A stretch of 32,000 nucleotides of DNA from [Pasteurella] mairii (GTDB lineage Bacteria; Pseudomonadota; Gammaproteobacteria; Enterobacterales; Pasteurellaceae). Under the pieces are notes generated by a model. The model ran no database searches and was not told where the DNA came from. It saw only the letters and a list, made by a program, of their open reading frames with translations. Shown here piece by piece: positions 27,241-32,000 of the stretch. A program made the translations under genes and the position numbers. Positions within the stretch are counted from its first letter, which is position 1. Every line of letters begins with the position of its first letter. The stretch is from assembly GCA_900454475.1 (NCBI GenBank), contig UGSS01000002.1:917605-949604 (forward strand), read 5' to 3'.

Positions 27241-27275
27241 AAAAAAAGCACCGCACTTTTAAATTAAGCCGGCGC
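27241..27275 (-). terminator. Possible terminator for the pirin gene, incorporating a USS
   Basis: On the minus-strand RNA, GCGCCG (27270..27275) pairs with CGGUGC (27248..27253) with one G.U, followed by U7 (A-run 27241..27247). The loop is long (16 nt). Confidence 0.35.
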
Positions 27276-27355
27276 TATTGGCAAATAATAAATTAAAGGT
27301 AACAAAATTAGATGTTTTTTTACAAGAACAAATTCAGGTTGATAGCATTTTTCTT

Positions 27356-28228
27356 TTAGTTTTCGATAGCGCCAAATCGACCGTTTTGTACGTCGTGAAT
27401 CGCTTGAATAATTTCATCACGCGAATTCATGACAAAAGGACCGTAGCCGACGACAGGTTCGTCAATCGGTTCGCCGGTGAGAATAACGAAACTTGCGGCA
27501 TTATTGGCTTCAATTTTAACGTCAGCACCACCACGTTTGAAGGTCACCAATTCATTTTCACGAGCCACTTTCTCATCATTAATTTGTAGTGCTCCTTCAC
27601 GCACCAAAATCAGTAAATTATGGCTTTCCGGCACGCTAAATACATAAGATTTACCGGCATTCATTACTACATCCCACATATTAATAGGGGTAAATGTTAA
27701 GGCTTTACCTTGTGTATTTTCAAAATGACCGGCAATAATTCGCGCACTACCAGCATCATTTGCCAAAGTAACCACCGGAATTTCAGCTGCGGTGATTGCC
27801 TGATATTTCGGTTTCGTCATTTTATCTTTCGCCGGTAAATTAACCCAAAGTTGCAGCATTTCAAACATTCCGCCTTTTTCGGAAAATGCGGCGGAATGAT
27901 ATTCTTGGTGCATCACCCCTGCGCCAGCCGTCATCCATTGTACATCACCAGCTCCGATCGTTCCGCCACCGCCATGAGAGTCTTTATGCGTTACTTCTCC
28001 TTTGTAGGCAATGGTGACTGTTTCAAATCCGCGATGAGGATGCTCCCCTACGCCACGAAAATCTGATTTTTTCCCACCATTAAAATGCATCGGCGGATTG
28101 TAATCCATTAATAAAAACGGACTTAAATTTGTTGCTTGATCTTGATACGTAAACATGGAATGTACATGGAAACCGTTACCGACCCAATGTTTTGGCGGTG
28201 CGCTCTGTACTTTTGCAATTTGTTTCAT
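27356..28228 (-). CDS. Pirin-family bicupin protein (YhhW/YhaK-like, possible quercetinase)
   Basis: I use ATG 28228 (MKQIAKVQSAPPKHW...), preceded by GGAG. 290 aa. The motifs GEHPHRGFETVTIAYKGEVTHKDSHGGGGTIGAGDVQWMTAGAGVMHQEYH give the pirin metal-binding His pattern. The C-terminus is ...GYGPFVMNSRDEIIQAIHDVQNGRFG. Confidence 0.88.
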   Translation of the reverse strand: MKQIAKVQSAPPKHWVGNGFHVHSMFTYQDQATNLSPFLLMDYNPPMHFNGGKKSDFRGVGEHPHRGFETVTIAYKGEVTHKDSHGGGGTIGAGDVQWMTAGAGVMHQEYHSAAFSEKGGMFEMLQLWVNLPAKDKMTKPKYQAITAAEIPVVTLANDAGSARIIAGHFENTQGKALTFTPINMWDVVMNAGKSYVFSVPESHNLLILVREGALQINDEKVARENELVTFKRGGADVKIEANNAASFVILTGEPIDEPVVGYGPFVMNSRDEIIQAIHDVQNGRFGAIEN

Positions 28229-28703
28229 ATAAAGCTCCATTGTTATGTTTTCTGTATTTGTTAACTGACATTTAGCCAAATGTTGATGTCTGTTACTAAA
28301 GTAAGTTCATTATACAATTAACCAATAGATGATAAATAGGCTAAATTTGAAAATACTTTTCACTATTTTGATATAATCAAGTAATTTAAGCGCGTTAATT
28401 TGGTTTCCTCTCGGGTAAGGCATGCCATTGACCTTTAAATTCTCCGTTAATGTGATAGTAACCGTTAAAAAGTATAACACATTGATTTCAATAAACATGA
28501 ATGCTCGAAATTAAAACAATTTTCAGTCATTTTTATCCGAAAAAATTTACAATTTCATCTTGCCTTAACAAAAATAATTATTATTAAAATTGCTTTTAAA
28601 TGAATAAGTTAAGATAAATTTTACTTGCATAGAATAAAAAAGTCGCTAAACTACCCATTGGGATTTATGATATTAGGACTATTTAAACGGAAAGGAGTAA
28701 GTT

Positions 28704-29189
28704 ATGCTAAATGAAGCGATTACGAAAAAGCTAAACGAACAGATTAATTTGGAATTTTATTCTTCCAATGTGTATTTACAAATGAGCGCTTGGTGTGCTA
28801 ATAAAGGATTTGAAGGTGCAGCTGCTTTTCTCTTACGTCATGCAGATGAAGAGATGGCACATATGCAAAAACTATTCGCTTATATTAACGAAACCGGCGG
28901 TATGCCATTACTCGGTAAAATTGAAGCACCTAAACATAACTATGCTTCATTAAAAGAAGTATTTGAAATCACCTTAGAACATGAAAAATATGTTACCTCA
29001 AAAATCAATGAATTAGTTGAAGTTACATTTGCCCACAAAGATCACTCTACTTTTAACTTCTTGCAGTGGTATGTTGCCGAACAACATGAAGAAGAAAAAT
29101 TGTTTAATAGTATTTTGGATAAATTCAATTTATTGGGTGTAGAAGGCAGTGGGCTTTATTTTATCGATCGCGATTTAGCGACATTATAG
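28704..29189 (+). CDS. ftnA: Bacterial non-haem ferritin, copy 1
   Basis: 161 aa with a [28 protein letters not shown]...[23 protein letters not shown]...[18 protein letters not shown] matches E. coli FtnA closely. The ftnA/ftnB symbols follow the H. influenzae tandem-gene convention. Confidence 0.9.
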   Translation: MLNEAITKKLNEQINLEFYSSNVYLQMSAWCANKGFEGAAAFLLRHADEEMAHMQKLFAYINETGGMPLLGKIEAPKHNYASLKEVFEITLEHEKYVTSKINELVEVTFAHKDHSTFNFLQWYVAEQHEEEKLFNSILDKFNLLGVEGSGLYFIDRDLATL

Positions 29190-29207
29190 TGGATGAGGAG
29201 AATTAAT

Positions 29208-29720
29208 ATGTTATCACAAAATGTTATCAAACTTTTAAACGATCAAATGAATTTAGAATTTTATTCTTCAAATCTTTACCTACAAATGAGCGCTTGGTGT
29301 GAGCAAAATGGTTTTAAAGGAGCGGCAAAATTCTTGGCAGAACATGCTGCAGAAGAAATGCAACATATGCGTAAATTGTTCACTTATTTAAATGAAACTG
29401 GCGCTTTAGTGGTAATTGGTGAGATTGATGCGCCTCCTCATGAATTTTCGTCTTTAAAACAAGTGATTGAATTAACTTATGAACATGAAAAATTAATCAC
29501 TAGCAAAATCAATGAATTAGTTGGCAAAACCTTTGAAGAAAAAGACTATTCTGCTTTTAATTTCTTGCAATGGTATGTTGCTGAACAGCATGAAGAAGAA
29601 AAATTATTTAGTGGTATTATTGATAAACTTAACTTACTTGGTGATGATGGTAAAGGCTTATTCTTAGTAGATAAAGATTTAGGCGAGCTTGCCAATGTAA
29701 ATACAGATACCGCTCAATAA
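29208..29720 (+). CDS. ftnB: Bacterial non-haem ferritin, copy 2 (tandem paralog)
   Basis: I use ATG 29208 ([21 protein letters not shown]...), preceded by GAGGAG. 170 aa. It is paralogous to the upstream gene over its whole length, with the same [18 protein letters not shown] block. Confidence 0.9.
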   Translation: MLSQNVIKLLNDQMNLEFYSSNLYLQMSAWCEQNGFKGAAKFLAEHAAEEMQHMRKLFTYLNETGALVVIGEIDAPPHEFSSLKQVIELTYEHEKLITSKINELVGKTFEEKDYSAFNFLQWYVAEQHEEEKLFSGIIDKLNLLGDDGKGLFLVDKDLGELANVNTDTAQ

Positions 29721-29730
29721 TCTCAATAAC

Positions 29731-29769
29731 AAAACTGCATAAGAGTAATTTTATGCAGTTTTTATTTTT
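29731..29769. terminator. Bidirectional rho-independent terminator (ftnB and the convergent small ORF)
   Basis: AAAACTGCATAA-gagtaatt-TTATGCAGTTTT is a 12-bp stem followed by TTTATTTTT. Confidence 0.8.
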
Positions 29770-29791
29770 GTGACAATGTCACTCAAATCCG

Positions 29792-29944
29792 CTATTTTTC
29801 AGAAACTTCCGTATTTTCGACCGCGCTTTGGGTATTTGCGGATACATTATGTTGATAAGTTTTATAGAAAAATGCACTCATGAGGATGATGAGCATCAGC
29901 AGAATTTGAAGTACGCGTTTTGGGGTTAATTTTTCTGTTGCCAT
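29792..29944 (-). CDS. Small (50 aa) single-pass membrane protein, unnamed. It is below the ORF-track length cut-off.
   Basis: Hand translation gives MATEKLTPKRVLQILLMLIILMSAFFYKTYQHNVSANTQSAVENTEVSEK*. An AAGGAA SD lies 4 nt upstream of the ATG (29944). One hydrophobic helix follows a KR-rich N-terminus. The gene is divergent from fnr, shares the FNR-box intergenic region, and ends before the bidirectional terminator. Confidence 0.5.
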   Translation of the reverse strand: MATEKLTPKRVLQILLMLIILMSAFFYKTYQHNVSANTQSAVENTEVSEK

Positions 29945-30000
29945 ATTGTTCCTTTTGCAAATTAAATCTTCTTAAATTTTAGATTTAATGATATGATTTA

Positions 30001-30014
30001 TTGAGATAGATCAA
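30001..30014. promoter_or_regulatory. FNR box in the fnr / small-ORF divergent promoter region
   Basis: TTGAGatagATCAA matches TTGAT-N4-ATCAA at 9 of 10 positions. It lies about 55 nt from both start codons. E. coli fnr is autoregulated through such a site. Confidence 0.55.
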
Positions 30015-30061
30015 TTTTACCTGATTGTTTTCCGATTTTACCATGTTATTTTGAGGATAGG

Positions 30062-30835
30062 ATGAATATTTTAACGTGTGAAACTCGTGTTGGTCGCCGG
30101 GTACAGTCCGGAGGTTGCGCAATTCACTGCCAAGATTGTAGTATTAGCCAACTTTGTATTCCATTTACATTGAACGAACATGAATTAGATCAACTCGATA
30201 ATATTATTGAACGTAAAAAACCTATTCAAAAATCCCAAGTCTTATTTAAAGCCGGTGATACCTTAAATTCAATTTATGCTATTCGTTCCGGTACGATAAA
30301 ATCCTATACAATTAGTGAAACCGGTGAAGAACAAATTACCTCTTTTCATTTACCCGGTGATTTGGTAGGGTTTGATGCTATTATGAATATGCAACATCCA
30401 AGTTTTGCCCAAGCTTTAGAAACTGCTATGGTATGTGAAATTCCTTTCGATATTTTAGACGATCTGTCCGGCAAAATGCCTAAATTACGCCAACAAATTA
30501 TGCGTTTAATGAGTAATGAAATTAAAACTGATCAGGAAATGATTTTGTTGTTATCTAAAATGAATGCCGAAGAACGTTTAGCGGCATTTATCCAAAATCT
30601 GTCCCGTCGCTACTCTGCGCGTGGATTTTCCGCCAGAGAATTCCGCCTTACGATGACCCGTAGCGATATCGGTAATTATTTAGGCTTAACCGTTGAAACC
30701 ATCAGTCGTTTATTAGGTCGTTTTCAAAAAATCGGACTTTTATCCGTACAAGGAAAATATATTACCATCAACGATATGCAAGGTTTATCTGATATTGCTG
30801 GTAGCACTAAAACAGGGATTAAACCAGTTGAATAA
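30062..30835 (+). CDS. fnr: Fumarate/nitrate reduction global regulator FNR (CRP/FNR family, [4Fe-4S])
   Basis: 257 aa with a [53 protein letters not shown] is almost identical to E. coli FNR. The HTH is [32 protein letters not shown]. Confidence 0.97.
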   Translation: MNILTCETRVGRRVQSGGCAIHCQDCSISQLCIPFTLNEHELDQLDNIIERKKPIQKSQVLFKAGDTLNSIYAIRSGTIKSYTISETGEEQITSFHLPGDLVGFDAIMNMQHPSFAQALETAMVCEIPFDILDDLSGKMPKLRQQIMRLMSNEIKTDQEMILLLSKMNAEERLAAFIQNLSRRYSARGFSAREFRLTMTRSDIGNYLGLTVETISRLLGRFQKIGLLSVQGKYITINDMQGLSDIAGSTKTGIKPVE

Positions 30836-30995
30836 CCTTTTTAGGGAGTTTTTTCACTGAAAAATTATGGATTTCACCCGCCCTTTCTTTGCGATGTTAT
30901 CTTCTTTTCCTAATCTGTTGGAAAATTCTTGTTATTTTTGCCAATCTTCACTATGCTATTAACGCAATAACAACCGTTAAATTAAGGAGATTGTT

Positions 30996-31919
30996 ATGAA
31001 GTTTACCAACATACTCGTGGTGCTCAATCCTGAAAATGAAAAACAATATGCACTGGCTCGTGCAGTCCGTTTGGTTAAAGAGCAAAAAAGCGATATTAAC
31101 GTAAAAATTACCACTTTTATGTCAGTGTATGATTTGTCTTATGAAATGTCGGCAATTTTGTCCTCTGAAGAAAGGGAAAATATGCATCAAGGGGTAATTG
31201 AACAACGTCAAAAGGCAGTTCAACCTTATTTGACTAAATATTACGATCCGAGCATTGAATTTGATTCCGTTGTCGTTTGGAACAGCAATGAAGCGGAAGC
31301 TATTGCCGCTGAAGTCGAAAAAACACATTATGATTTGGTAGTCAAATATACCCAAGCAGAAGAAAGTCTCGCCGCATTATTGTTTACACCGATGGATTGG
31401 CAATTATTACGCAAATGTCCGGTACCGATTATGATCGTAAAAGATTCCGATTGGAAACATCAACGTCGTATTCTAGTAGCGGTGAATGTGTCAGATGAGG
31501 AAGATCATCATGACAGTTTTAACCAAGAATTAGTATCGCTCGGCATTGATTTAGCAGACAGTTTGGAACGCGGCAATGTACATTTAGTCACCGCCTACCC
31601 GCCAACACCAATTAATATGGCAATTGATTTACCGGAATTTAATACGACTGAATACAACAATAGCATACGCGGACAACATTTATTGAACATGAAAGCCTTA
31701 CGCCAAAAATTCAGCATTGATGAAGATCATACGCATGTGAGAGAAGGTTTTCCAGAAGATGTCATCCCTCAAGTTGCTGATGAATTAGGGGCGGAGTTAG
31801 TAGTTTTAGGCACGATTGGACGCACTGGCTTATCTGCTGCGTTCCTTGGTAATACCGCGGAACACGTTATCAGCAAATTAAATTGCAATTTATTGGCAAT
31901 TAAACCTAGCAATAAATAA
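30996..31919 (+). CDS. uspE: Universal stress protein E (tandem Usp domains)
   Basis: 307 aa with an AAGGAG SD. IYDLSYEM, FTPxDWxLLRKCPxP, VTAYPPTPINMAIDLPEF, IRGQHLLxMKALRQKF and VLGTxGRTGxSAAFLGNTAExVI match E. coli UspE. The gene is adjacent to fnr, as in E. coli. Confidence 0.92.
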   Translation: MKFTNILVVLNPENEKQYALARAVRLVKEQKSDINVKITTFMSVYDLSYEMSAILSSEERENMHQGVIEQRQKAVQPYLTKYYDPSIEFDSVVVWNSNEAEAIAAEVEKTHYDLVVKYTQAEESLAALLFTPMDWQLLRKCPVPIMIVKDSDWKHQRRILVAVNVSDEEDHHDSFNQELVSLGIDLADSLERGNVHLVTAYPPTPINMAIDLPEFNTTEYNNSIRGQHLLNMKALRQKFSIDEDHTHVREGFPEDVIPQVADELGAELVVLGTIGRTGLSAAFLGNTAEHVISKLNCNLLAIKPSNK

Positions 31920-31934
31920 AAATCAATGATAGAT

Positions 31935-31963
31935 AAAAGCCGGAAATCAATTCCGGCTTTTTT
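31935..31963 (+). terminator. Rho-independent terminator of uspE
   Basis: AAAAGCCGGAA-atcaa-TTCCGGCTTTTTT has a GC-rich 9-11 bp stem plus a T-run. Confidence 0.85.
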
Positions 31964-32000
31964 AATGTTTTTTACTTAATCAACGTAAAGGTTCTCGTTG

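Noticed and set aside
27278-27589. Plus-strand ORF 27278..27589 and other antisense ORFs in pirin, putA and putP (for example 23512..23928, 24166..24432, 21567..21782)
   Set aside because: They overlap well-supported genes on the opposite strand or in another frame and have no motifs.
28310-28498. 62-aa minus-strand ORF between the pirin and ftnA genes
   Set aside because: It is an AT-rich, low-complexity sequence without an SD, lying in the ftnA promoter region. It is probably non-coding.
28566-28590. Fur box upstream of ftnA (AAATAATTATTATTAAAAT)
   Set aside because: Only about 12 of 19 positions match GATAATGATAATCATTATC, and the surrounding DNA is more than 75% AT. This is not distinguishable from background by eye.

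Overview
This is a chromosomal segment from a Pasteurellaceae genome, probably Haemophilus or Aggregatibacter. The evidence is at least 19 exact copies of the 9-mer uptake signal AAGTGCGGT/ACCGCACTT counted by eye, a tmRNA with the tag ANDEQYALAA, and gene order and protein sequences that track E. coli and H. influenzae housekeeping genes. The core genes are sspA-sspB, asnS, an Mlc-like ROK regulator, bioD, a repeat-rich lipoprotein, ssrA (tmRNA), mukF-mukE-mukB, a DMT-like membrane protein, sbcB, putP-putA, a pirin, two tandem ferritins, fnr and uspE. Four stretches look accessory or decayed. (1) The window opens inside a degenerate group II intron, with an intact domain V hairpin but a gutted RT/HNH ORF. 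(2) Next to tmRNA lies an island remnant with an N-terminal fragment of a P4-type integrase and a very AT-rich OafA-like AT3+SGNH acyltransferase broken by one in-frame TAA. (3) A 2.4-kb islet between sbcB and putP carries a 23-copy pentanucleotide tract (AAACG)n. The tract sits directly upstream of an EcoRI-methylase-family N6-adenine MTase and a compact DUF262-HNH nuclease. (4) About 1 kb of AT-rich non-coding spacer lies between putA and the pirin gene. The sbcB-putP islet is the best candidate for an undescribed system, namely a contingency-locus style methylase plus a Type IV-like nuclease domain in an R-M-like operon. All family assignments come from motif recognition and remembered homologs. 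No searches or computations were run.
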